A DNA stretch of 64,000 nt from Rhodosorus marinus CCMP1338 (taxonomy: Eukaryota > Plantae > Rhodophyta), in the NCBI GenBank assembly GCA_029953675.1, contig JAMWBK010000011.1:620001-684000 (forward strand). The letters are read 5' to 3'. The notes under the pieces are model-generated. The model made no database searches and had not been told where the DNA came from. It worked only from the letters and a program-made list of their open reading frames with translations. Both the position numbers and the translations under genes were made by a program. Shown in pieces: positions 36,156 to 47,345 of this stretch (positions are counted from its first letter, which is position 1; each line of letters begins with the position of its first letter).

Positions 36156-37316
36156 AAACGCGGGACCCTCAACAGCTACGTCGTGAATTGAAACGAAATT
36201 CACTGTGGGCGTAGGTGGCTCATGGGTCCAATTGCACTCTGGTATTCCTTCGCGTTATCTATTGTTGTTGTTTTGCTTGTTGCTCCAAATACACAGAGTG
36301 ACAACGCAAATGAGGACGGGGGGACCCATCAGCGCACCACAACCCTTCGAGCAAGTGTGATACAGATGTGCCAAGGAAGAATATTAGAAGGACACGAACC
36401 AGTGGGTTAGGAGAGCCACGAACTTCCTTTGGATGATGTCCTGTAGTCCCAAAGCTACCCCTCAGATGGAACTTGTTTCACGACGTCGATGGAGCACATA
36501 ATTGTTGGTTAACAGAGGCAAGAAGCAGTATTCGCAATAGCGGGAAAGGTATTTGCCACAATGTTCCGGTACGTTCTCTCACATCATGTCGCCGAATCTA
36601 ACAATCCACCGCTCAATTTTTTTGGTTTAAGCAACGCCTGTGCTTTCGTCATAAAAGAATTAGCTTCGTAGGCGGCAGAACAGATCTTCACTGAGGACGA
36701 TCCGAACCGATAGCCAGACCCAGTCCATCCGTCATGCCGAACACCTCCAAATCGCAACGCCACGAGAGTAGTACAAATTATTCCGTACTAATATGTACTA
36801 TGTTGTAGTTCCAATTGTGTACAGAACCAAATCGTATTTACGTACAACAGCACAAAATTTTACCAAAACGAGGAGTGAAATTCCAAGTAAATACAGACAT
36901 AGGACGCCGGCACACTAGATCCCCCTTAATTTTTCAGGAAAACATGTAAACGTTCGGTGCATACCCGGTGTATTCAATATCGTTTATTTTATATCAACAA
37001 AATGTTAAAACTATTCAAATCACGATTTAGGCGCGATCGGATTGGAGAACACATACCAACGGTCGACACGAGAACAGAAAGTCGCAGGTGCATTGCTGAT
37101 CGGTGGGTGTGCGAAAAGAAAGAATGGGCACCCACGGAGTGTACCAGGATCGCTTCTCTATAGAAAAGTTGTCCAAGAACTACCAAAGGTTCCGCTGAAA
37201 GTGAAAGGTCCCAACTGTGCATCGATTGGCAAGAGAAATCGCTGTCCCGTTCCCATCTGTGTCGGACGTTAGGCGATCATCGGGACGGTTAGGTAGTGGC
37301 ACTCACTGTCATGCAG

Positions 37317-37646
37317 TGACCTTGGTGGTTGCAATATTGTCGTTGGACACTGATCGACTCTTAACTGGTGCTTCTAATAGTGATATAGCTCCCTACAACG
37401 GTTGTCGATATACGTTCTGCCCCGGCCCCTCCCCCCCAGGGTTTGTATTGACCGTTTGAATAGAGCTGGCCGCAGGTTGTACAAAAGCCAACGCACGTCA
37501 CTCGATGAGTTTGTAGGCGGTCGCCCTGGCTGTGGCGATATATCAATGATGGGGCGGGAGGGACTGTTTAACCTTCGCCGTCTTTAAAATTTTTTTTTTG
37601 CCTTTTGGTCGGATCGTGCATCTTCTCTGTGTTTGGAGAGGTTACA
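37317..37646 (+). repeat. ~327-bp direct repeat, copy 2 (upstream of the GT25-like gene)
   Basis: Near-identical to 34481-34808; ends about 50 nt before the ATG at 37698. Confidence 0.95.
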
Positions 37647-37697
37647 CGCATCGTTTTTTTTCTTGTTCTAGAGGGAGCGTGAGCTCGGAGGGTCCGG

Positions 37698-38941
37698 ATG
37701 ATTCAGGTACAGAGCCCTTTCAAGCCGGCATCGGTGCTTATCAGTTTCAACGGCGCGGTGCAGAAGAGGAAGTATTTCAAGTCGAGGGTGAATGCGGATC
37801 TGGTTATGTGCGGGAGTCTCGCTGCGATATTCTTTCTCATGGTTGGAGAGCTGCTGCGATTACGTGGGGACACGATGCGATTGTCGCGAGAGCTCAAGGA
37901 AATGGGAATGGTGGAGTCTATAGTTGGCCAGTCTCTGTCCGAGCTTCAGACGCGATCTAGGAATATAAAAACTGAGCTCTCGGGCTATGACAGGGAACTG
38001 AAGTTTCGGAAATTTGGGCAGGGCAAAAAGCGGAACAAGAAGAGAGCAGAGGATCCTTCGTACAACTCAGTGTTCGACAAAGTCTACTTTGTGACGTTTG
38101 ACGAGTGTACCCAGCAAGAGCAGCGGGCGTTAGACTTGTCATCGGACGTTGGCCTGGACGTCGATCCATTCCGGGCTTTTCGAGCCGAGGACGTCAAGCT
38201 TGGAGAGCCTAATCTTGGGATGGGAATCGACTTGCAAGCTGACAGCATTAGCAAACAAGAGGTAGCATGAATGCTCCGCCTTCGGAGACTAGTATCCTAG
38301 CGGTCACCCTGTTTTCTCACCTTCTCGTTTGCCCGTTCCCCCATCAGGTCGCTGCGCATCTGACTCACAGACAAATCTGGCACGAAATAGTCGAAGACAA
38401 CTATAGGAACGCTCTGATAATTTCTGCTGATTTGATAGTGAAGGAATCCATCCTAAAAATCCTATCGGAGCTAATGGGAGATGTAGAAGATGAGGCTTCG
38501 AGACGAGAAGAGGACTGGCATATGGTTACGTTCCGTAGGAGGAAGCTGGATCGGAGCGCTGACGAAGAGGTAATCCTTAATTCCGTTTTGAATCAGATCC
38601 ATTGGTTATCCGTATGGACTCCCCGCGCTGACGTTGAAACGACTTTCGTGACGAAGGTATTTGCTGGAGGCCCTGATGGCCGTTTTATCACGAAGGCCAG
38701 CCCAAGCCTCGGCTGCAGTTTCTATGCATTGAGCAACAAGGGAGCCGAGCTCTTGTTGCGTCTGGTTGACTCCTACAGGCAACCTCTGGATATGCAACTG
38801 GCGATGCTCCAACAGTCTGGAAAGCTTAACGTTCTTAGCGCGTGCGACAACGATCGCTCTGTTCCCGACTGTCCGGAGAATGCCCTTTTTCAGCGGATGC
38901 AGTCTCAATTCGGCGAGGACTGCCGAGGTCAGCGAAGTTAA
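37698..38941 (+). CDS. Glycosyltransferase family 25-like type-II membrane protein, ~385 aa
   Basis: Exon 1 37698-38261; intron 38262-38347 (GTAGC...ATCAG, 86 nt, phase 0); exon 2 38348-38941. Basic tail/TM/coiled stem, then KVYFV, EVAAHLTHRQIWHEIV...NALIISAD, FYALSNKGAELLL and QPLD, matching GT25 blocks (GCxxSHxxxW, ALILEDD, YxxSxxGAxxLL, PxD). Confidence 0.75.
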
Positions 38942-40066
38942 CCGCACCCTTAGCTCAAATGCGAAAGGACAGACTGTTCTGACTCTGCCTTTCTCTTTCC
39001 GGCATTCTCTTGGTTCTCTTTGAAAAGCTAGGTTTTGACCCACGCGATGAGTTCAGTCGGAAAGAATATTTGAGCTTGTACAGAAACCCCGTCAGCTAGA
39101 CCCCTGGCCGAAGCACGGAGAAAGCCCATGCACCCTTGTACAGGAACTTATTAAAACTCGATTGAAACTGTATGGGCTTCTACCGTAGGCTTACGTGCGT
39201 GCACGACAAGCTTCATCCATCGAGTTCTGGAAATGCAGCACTCGTGCCAGGAGTTCGTCCCATTCCTATTGCCGATCAGTTCATGAAGGGAGCCAGAAGT
39301 AGGACTGACTAATTTCGCACTGAAGAATTGGACGATTTCTTACACCCGTCATTCACCGAATGACGCAAAAGTGAACGCATCGAGTTCTATTCCCACACTC
39401 TTCTTGGTTTACTGGCCATTACAGAAACGGCACCTAGATACGTGTCCTTTGTATCTGGTTAGAGATTCAAAGACCTTACTACCGTACCCTTGCAGAGGTT
39501 TCTTAAACCCTGCACTCGATCCACGATCGCGATTACCAACTTCCTCAATGCTCTTCCCAATATGCTTTCTTCGAACTTTAGTGGGTATGCCCCCAGGCAA
39601 TGCGGTTGGCATCAGAAGCCATGTGTGCTGACACGTCTTTATAAACTCCAGCGGGCCAATTGAGCAGACCCGCGAGATCACGACGAAGGATGGAACAAGC
39701 TTGCTCGAAGGCTAAGAGCTCTGGTCTTCGAAAAGACCCGTTGTTTCCATCCCCCAAGCGACTTTCCACGACAGAGAGAGCAGAGCCATCCGCGGGGAAG
39801 GCGGAGTCCCCAGGAATCTCGGGAAGCTCAACAGTGAGCAGTCCTATGATAGCGTCTGCTGTGACTGGAGCAAGATGCCTCTGAGCGAAGAGGTTGTTTC
39901 TTTAACTCGCTGGTGGTTTTTGGCTTGGATAACAGCTAGGATTATCGCAAGGCTTGAGAGCGAAGAGGACCTGCAGTTTCGTGGTTTCGCTTGGAGTGCT
40001 TAGGGTACAGTGGTAGATACTGACGTCTTCTGTACGATGAAGACTGCGCTTGGGTGATCCCAGGAG

Positions 40067-41072
40067 ATGGTCTGTGAGGAGCTGGTAGTTTGGATCTGGA
40101 GCGGAGAATGGTTTCGACCGTTGAGCGCGAAGGGGACTTTTGTCCTGTCGTTTGGAGCTGTGTTTCTATGCATGATCGTTTCCTCGATTCTCGTCTTTCA
40201 ACACTCAGCGGGAGCGATCATCTGCTTCGTGGTTCTGTCGCTTTTGACCCTAAGTTCCATGGTTCGGTGCGCGGTTATTGATCCAGGCTATGTGACCGAG
40301 TCCTCTACCGGTGCAAGCGATGTTCCGCCGGATCGACTGTGCTTGCGGTGCGAGGGGTACAAACCTCCACGTGCTCACCATTGTAGAGTGTGCAAGCGAT
40401 GTGTGCAAGTTATGGACCATCATTGTACTTTTCTAGCTAACTGCATCGGACGGGGCAACAGGAAACTGTTCCTACTGAGCCTGTATTATGGCTTTTTGTT
40501 GTCCGTTTTGGTCGTTCTCACGGCTCCAAAGGCGCTAAGAACGTACGATCAATGCGACCATTCAAATTGCGAGATTTCGGTTCTATTCGAAAGGTTCTGA
40601 TGCTTCTAAGCGTTCTGTTTCTATTGCCAGTATGGTGTCCGCAACTACCCACTCTGAGACTCCGCCGGAAGCCCTGTACGTGCTCTACCTGATTATCTGC
40701 TTTGTGGTCTTCCAGCAGAGCGCTATATACTCCGTGGCGACCTTCTCTCTCGCAGCATTTCAAACCTTTCTGGTGAAGCGGGACGAGACCACCATTGAGT
40801 TCAGAAGACTGCACGGTAAGGCGCGGAAGCTTTTGCGCAAAGCGGATGCTCTTTTTATGGAGCGAACGCTTGAGCCACCTTTGGCTGAATCCTTCATGCG
40901 AACGTATACAACAGAGGAGAATGAGAACCAACCGCCGCTAGACCCGAACGAAGCCCTTTTGAACCCGCATGGATTCAAGGAAGTCTTCGGCAGCTGTGTC
41001 GCGCTCTGGTTCCTTCCGATCTTCCCTGACGAGTTGCGGACGGAAACATCATACGACGAGCTTCCGGCTTGA
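40067..41072 (+). CDS. DHHC-type palmitoyltransferase (zDHHC/PAT), ~322 aa
   Basis: DPG; CxxC...KPPRAHHCxxCxxCVxxMDHHC...NCIG; TTIE motif; four hydrophobic segments. The two ORFs join in frame through a putative 37-nt phase-2 intron 40594-40630 (GT...CCAG). Confidence 0.9.
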
Positions 41073-41136
41073 TTTAGCCGAATGCTAGCGATATCGATTC
41101 CGTTCTGGCTCTGCTGAATTTCATATCTGGGTCGTT

Positions 41137-42542
41137 TTATCCTGGCTCCAACAGGGACCAAGGGCCTGCTCCTGAAAGGAACGGACGCAGATTTGTAACT
41201 CCGAAAACTGGACCATCGAGTGTTTTGGATAGAAAAGCACACCACTCTCCAGACATAGCACAAGAGATTTCAGCGGGACAATTCCACACGTACCCGCAAG
41301 CCTCCCCTTCGGCGCTTCCCCATTCCGTGGTGTACCGAGGTCTTTTGCTTGCTGCAGGCCTCTGTCGATTCATCCGAAAAATTCGTTGATGACCACTTCC
41401 GTCGCTACGAGAGCCGTCTTTTTCAGTCTTGTAGTGCGCTTGCTGACCCAACCAGTTCCCGGTGGGTTCCTGAATAGACGTGGCGTTGGAGATTCCTGAG
41501 TCGCTGGCCCGTTTGACAGAACTTTGATGACCAAAGCTTTTTCCGTCCACCTTACCGGAGAAAAATCGAAATAGCTAGGTTCCTGGAACGTGAACGCAAA
41601 CGGTATGTCCATGGATTCTGTGTAAATAAGTTGAAAACATCGTCGATCGTCACATTTCGTGATCTTGAATACTTCAACAAAGTTATCGTCCAAGCTAGCG
41701 ACCACGAGCTTATCTCCACCGAACAGCTGCGCTTGCCTTGCTCCCTTGGTTGTGAACTTGGGCAGGTCTTCGACAGCGGCGAGTTCACAGCGGCGCGCAA
41801 ATGGTGGGGAGCAGACGAACAGCTCCAGCTGCTTGGGTTCCGGTCCCCCTAGCGGCATTGGGCCTGAATGATGGATGAGCATCAGGAGCTCATCCGAACT
41901 GCTGAAGGTGAATGTTAGACGCTTCCTCGTGGCGTCGTTGAGATTGATCAGGGTTCTTTCCCACAACACTGCGCCGGTCACGTTCATGAGGACGACGTTG
42001 ACGTCATCGTGCAAGACTGCGACGTAGTTTTCAGAAGGCGAAAACTTTACAGCGTTGATGTTGCCTTGAAAGGATCGCTGAGAGGCTAGGTTGAACCCCG
42101 AATTGGAAAGGCTGCAGATGAAAAACTCTTGCTTTTCCCGAAAGAACAGCCAGCTTGACTTGAAGCTAGCCTCTTGATCGCCGCCCCCAAATGCGAGATA
42201 CTTCCCGGAAGTAGACAGGTCGCCAACGCATTCCCCAAACTCGTGCTTGCGCGTTGGAAATGTAGAGGATGACTGAACTAAACTCGGTACAAAGATACTG
42301 TTTACGCTTACGGAACCGGTCGGAAAGTCCCAGTTGAGTACGACCGCAGTCCTTCCGTCCTCTGAAACGAAGCAACTCACTGCCGTGGAGTTGCAAGATT
42401 TGTACAACACGATCGGTTCCAATAACGTGCGATCAAAAAAGCTTGATGGACTCCCAAACTCAAGAATTCGACCATCTAGCTGAGAACCTCGAGCTAGGTG
42501 CCTCACGAAACCATTCTCAACCTTTGTAGTCTTCACCTCCAT
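41137..42542 (-). CDS. F-box-like/beta-propeller family paralog A (degenerate F-box), ~439 aa
   Basis: Exon 1 42542-41556; intron 41555-41470 (GTAAG...TTCAG, 86 nt); exon 2 41469-41137. Motifs VSEDGRTAVVLNW, DLSTSGKYLA, KFSPSENYVAV, and C-terminal GEWC..F...GVTNLRPFL..GPW. Confidence 0.8.
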
Positions 42543-43279
42543 CGCTGAACAGACCTCACCACAAACCTCCTAGTGCTGTCCAGAACACTGCAACACGCAG
42601 CTTTTGGACGATTCCCTAGGCGGACTGAAATCGTTGACCGGCAGCCTGTAGAAGTTCAGTGTTGCGGAACGAAACTCGAGATTGTCTCCCGCTTTGGTGA
42701 ACTCATCCAGTCCATGTCGCAGCCGCATGGTCACGAGCCAGGAGCCCATGGACCGCCCGATGGGCTACCCTAAACGAACTGTTTCAGTGTTGAGCTGAGC
42801 TGGAGACGGAAGTTGATCCACAGACAATTACCGCACCTAGCTAGGAAGTGGATTCTCGTTCTATGGTTCGCATAGGTCCTCGTCAATCCTGGTGACTATC
42901 CAAGCAAACCTATGAAAGGCTTTCCTGTCGCAACCGACGAAGGCCCCATTTGTCATTCAAATATTTATGTTTTACAATATCGTGCGAACCATTCTTACAG
43001 TAGTTGCACGAAAAACTATGTTCGGATTGGTTCCTTACATAAGACTATTGACCAATTATGTTTCTGTATTCTTTCATATCAGATCGATTGGAATCGGCGC
43101 TTTTGTGCTGACGCCTGGAATCCACTGCTGTTGCTCAAGCTATGACTATATGATTGTCCTTTTGTAGCCGGTTCTTCCTTACGGTTAAGTAGCTATCCAA
43201 TATAGTCCTCTTGCGTAGGAAGGACTGGTTTCCATACCTCAAGCATACACGAGAACGGCATGAGGTTCATGAAGTATAG

Positions 43280-44685
43280 TTAGGGGCCAACATGTGGGAG
43301 GTCTAGTAGGTTTGTACACCACGCTCCGTACTGTGAGAATCCACACGATATTTCATGTTGAGCCCTCCACACGAGGGCAACTCTAGCTGGCGTAGGTTCT
43401 ACTTCTTCAACGGTTCCCGAAGTCGAAGTCCCTACGCTGGCCCTAAAACCCCTGCCGATACCGTTTTCCATAAATAGTCTCCCATGCTCATCCGGGTCAT
43501 CTTTCGCTGAGTTGTACTCGAGCTTAACCCATTGTCCAGAGGCGTCCTGTAGGTCAAGAAAGAAGCCAGAAGGGTTAGTTGCACATGGATGGATCGGCGT
43601 CCATGCATGAGCACAAGGAGCAACCGGCACTGACAAAAAGCACCCACCTCGGAAAACTTGAAGAACCTGGGAGCTACGACCTTGGATACGTGATAAAACT
43701 CCTCATTCTCGTAGGACGAACGAAAGCACAGATCGTACTCGTCCTCCAAATCCTCAATTGCGCGTATTTCGTAAGCCTCCAGGCAGGATGAGTTTCGATG
43801 GACATAGATCAACGTACTCCCATCGACAAACGCCTGCCTGCCGGCTCTAGGAAGATTCTCCGGCGGCGGAGTCATCTCCCTCGGAGCCTTGTCCATGCAA
43901 AACGGAGGTGAGCAGGTCCATAGTCGCAACAGACCAGATCTCAGAAACTCGTTCATATCTGGATAGTTTTCTACCATAAGAAGGTCGTTTGATTGAGTAA
44001 ACGACACCGAAAGTTGCAGCGGAATTCGGTCATAAACGGCATCGAACGATTTCCTCCACACCACATGTCCCAACGTGTTCAGTACGAGTAGTCTCCTATC
44101 GTCGAACTTGACCGCCATGTACTCGTCCGACGAGGAGAACTTGATGTCGTTGATCTGACCCGCAAGCTGGTGCTCCCCAACCTTCTCGGCAACGCCGCCC
44201 GAGAATCTGCAGAGGAGGAAGTCATATTGATAGCGAGTGAATATCTTTTTCCCGGCCTCTCGCTGTTGTCTTAGGTCGTTCCCACCTCCGAACGCAAGGA
44301 AGTCGCCCGACCTTGACAGCTCACCAACGCAAGTGGATTCTTTGTATTTTCGGTACGTCCTGATCGTCGTTCGTGTCCTACTCAGCCGCGGTATCCTGTA
44401 CCTGTCGATGTCAATCGCTCCATCCTCATACCGCCAGTTCACAAGTGCTGCAACCCGACCGTCTCCCGAAACGCAAGAGAACGACACGGGATCTACGTGT
44501 TTGGTCAACAAGACGACAGGCTCCTTCTGACTGACGACGGCGTAGTCGTACGTCTTATGAAGAATCTCATACATCTCCCGGGAAGAATGAGCCATCATAA
44601 CCCGATCCCTTGTGTCCAGTTGCTCCGCTATCTGGGCCAATACATGCCGAGGAAGAGGCGGTACGTCTGCACAACTTTCTTTCAT
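43280..44685 (-). CDS. F-box-like/beta-propeller family paralog B, ~434 aa
   Basis: F-box-like LPRHVLAQIAEQLDTRDRVMMAHSSREMYEIL. Exon 1 44685-43648; intron 43647-43547 (101 nt); exon 2 43546-43280, which lacks ~12 aa of the conserved C-terminal block. Confidence 0.82.
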
Positions 44686-45860
44686 AGTCGCGTCTGTATA
44701 ACGTGATTTTAAAAACGTGTTCTAAATTGCTACAGCTCCCTGGAACATACTCCACAGTCTGGCTGCCGTTCCTGAAACCGTTCGAACCTTAAAATGCTCA
44801 TCTTAGTCAGTGCATCCTAAGCGCGTGGACCCTTAACCCTCAATCCTGAACAGACAGCATCCCAGCTGGCTGTCGGTCCAGCAAACCGCGATCAGGATAC
44901 CCTGTCCGCACAAGGACACGTTCCCAACGACCAGTCGCCAACGAAATGAAGCTCACCACAACTTCTCAAGGTCTGAGCTAAAGCTCAGAAAAATCAAAAC
45001 TTCAGCCCTCTGGACAGCGGCCTGAGGTAGATTTTTCAAAGGATCCACACACGCATTGGTGGTTCCAGATGACCAGAAGAAAAGCAAGGAACATCGAAAC
45101 CTCTGAGTAGTCTTCTTCACCTGCAGCGCTTTCCCGGCATAAGCAATAAGTAAAAGGTCAAACCCTGCCGGAACAGCGCTTGAGTTGATAAGCAAGTTTG
45201 TTTCACAAAAAATGAATATTTTTGAGATGATCAATCACGTACGATTTAAGTTGACTAGAATATCTCGTATCAACCAATAGAATTGCTGAATGGATGCGTT
45301 GGCGGATCAAAAAGACTGACCTTAATGGATCTCGCCGTTGGACCTGAGAGCGGAAGCAGATGGCTGCCAACGGTGACTGGAGAGACAGAGTGGCTATGCT
45401 CTGCTCGAGGATAGATTTCGATTTCTACATAGAGTAAACTGGGAAACTGAAGTTCAGTGGAGAGGGCGGCGAAGGACGCGGCGGAGTCGTGTCGTGACGA
45501 CTTTGCATTGGGGGAGGTTCTTCTTTTTCTATCCGACGTGCATTGCAATGCCATTGCTCACCCGAATACACCGGCCGCTCGACATATGGAAGATAGAAAT
45601 GTACGACTACGTGCTTGGAGACGTTTAATTTCAGGTACATGCAACCCCAGGCTTACATACTTGGCGAAGCGCCAATCGTGGTTGCTGTTGCCCATTTTGC
45701 ATCTTTCTCTGAAGAATTAAAAACTTAGTCCGCTAAAGGCGTCTTCCACCATGAGGGCTTCAAGCGGGTTCATCATCCCAGCGGGTCATCATCTCATTGG
45801 GCTTGGATGGCAACCCTTAAAGCTAGTCACCTTTATTATCAACATGACACGCGGCATCCA

Positions 45861-47345
45861 CTAACCCATAGAACGTACATCGTCAACGCCGTTTTCCTCC
45901 TCGGATTGATCGAGTTTCGGAGAAAGTATTCCCCATGTGTTCGGATTCGAATCTTCAAGAAAGGGTAGGAGGTTTGTAACTCCAGCAACTTGAACCTCGT
46001 GATGTGGGCTGTCCAGTGCATAGACACACCACCCGGTCTCCTCCCTCACGCAGAAATCAGCAAATACCCAGGGCCCGGAGAGATTAAAACATTGTGTTTC
46101 GCATGTACGAGCTGCTCTACTCGCGCAGTGGAACCACGTCTCTGCTCTGGGATGCAATCGTGGCTTAGCTCCCCGAAGGGTCTCACAGTCCCAGCTGATC
46201 CAGTCCCTAAAGTTCGGCTAACCAGTTGGGGTCATGAACATATGAGGGGTTATTTATGATCCGAACTGACAAGGACAAGTTTTGAAGGGGTGACCTTTCT
46301 CTCACATACCAGGTCTTCATGTATGTATCGAGGATAGTACTTAATCCACCTGTTCGCGGGGACTCCCTTATGCCGAAGTATTCGCTGGTACTCAACAGAG
46401 TTGTTTGTGAGCATCAATCTGAAAACTGCAGCTTCCCTTCTTTCCATCTCGTAGAATATGAGTATTCCGCAGTCCTGCAAGCAAACCTGAGCATTCTCAC
46501 AGATCGCATGGGGAAGAGATGGCATCTCCACAACCTTCGTGAACGGAGGTGGGCTTTGATACAGCACAGGAGGATAGCCCCGAGCCCAACCTGACCTAGG
46601 CTTGTCCCACAAGAAGAGGAGGTCGTCCTCCTTCGTAAACGCCGTTTGCGCGCCATGAACGTTTGTATACCGTCCAGTTCTTTGGACGGAGATAACGTCC
46701 CCGACCGAGTTGAAAACGGTAATGTCTCCACTTTTCAGTACTCTGACCGCCACGAAAAGACCTGAGCGCGATACTTTCAAGTCTCCGATGTTCCCGTCAA
46801 GCGTCAGCCGGCGGATCAAACTCACCCCGCCGTCGTCCAGTTTGCACAGGAACAATTCAACTGGGTTCGAAGGAGATACATAAGCATCCGCGCCTCTTGA
46901 GAAGGCCAGCAGTTCACCATCGTATGAAAAATCGCTCACGATCGCTTTCACCGCTTTTTTATATGCTGTTTTAATGCGCAGAGATCTTCTCGTGCGGACT
47001 GGAACGGTTATTCTTTCAACCACAATCTGGCCGTGAGAAGCCCTTGATCCGCACGAGAGCACAGCCCGTTCCAGACACATGCCATTTGCTAGCGGTGAAC
47101 TTTTTTTTTGCCTGTAGGGGTGTATCTGCTTCAAACAGCACCACCGTGGGCTGCTTCAGCGCCTTTTCAGAAAAGGCTCGGGAAAGTGCTTCCCTCGTCC
47201 TGAGCCTCTCCTCACACTCGACAAGCTTCCTTTCGCCGCTCACGATGCAGAAAACCCGCCTGCAGCATAGAGAAAATTCCAGCCGATCCTTTCTCGTCAA
47301 CTGGTTCGCAATTTCATGGATTACATCAATTGTCAACTCCTCCAT
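45861..47345 (-). pseudogene. F-box-like/beta-propeller paralog C with a single frameshift (pseudogene or assembly error)
   Basis: ATG 47345 (MEELTIDVIHEIANQLTRKDRLEFSLCCR). Homology switches frame at ~47030-47050 (VSGTGCALVRIK to HGQIVVERI). Intron 46309-46218 (GTATGT...GTTAG); exon 2 46217-45861 with GWC...GVTNLLPFL. Confidence 0.75.

Noticed and set aside
36222-36410. Short signal-peptide-like ORF inside the stalk array
   Set aside because: Only 62 aa, with no basic tail or coiled coil and no paralogy; could be a fragment but is unsupported.
39400-39880. Possible decayed RNase H/retroelement (ASDANRIAWG resembles TDASxxGWG)
   Set aside because: A single short motif among many stops; insufficient without a profile search.
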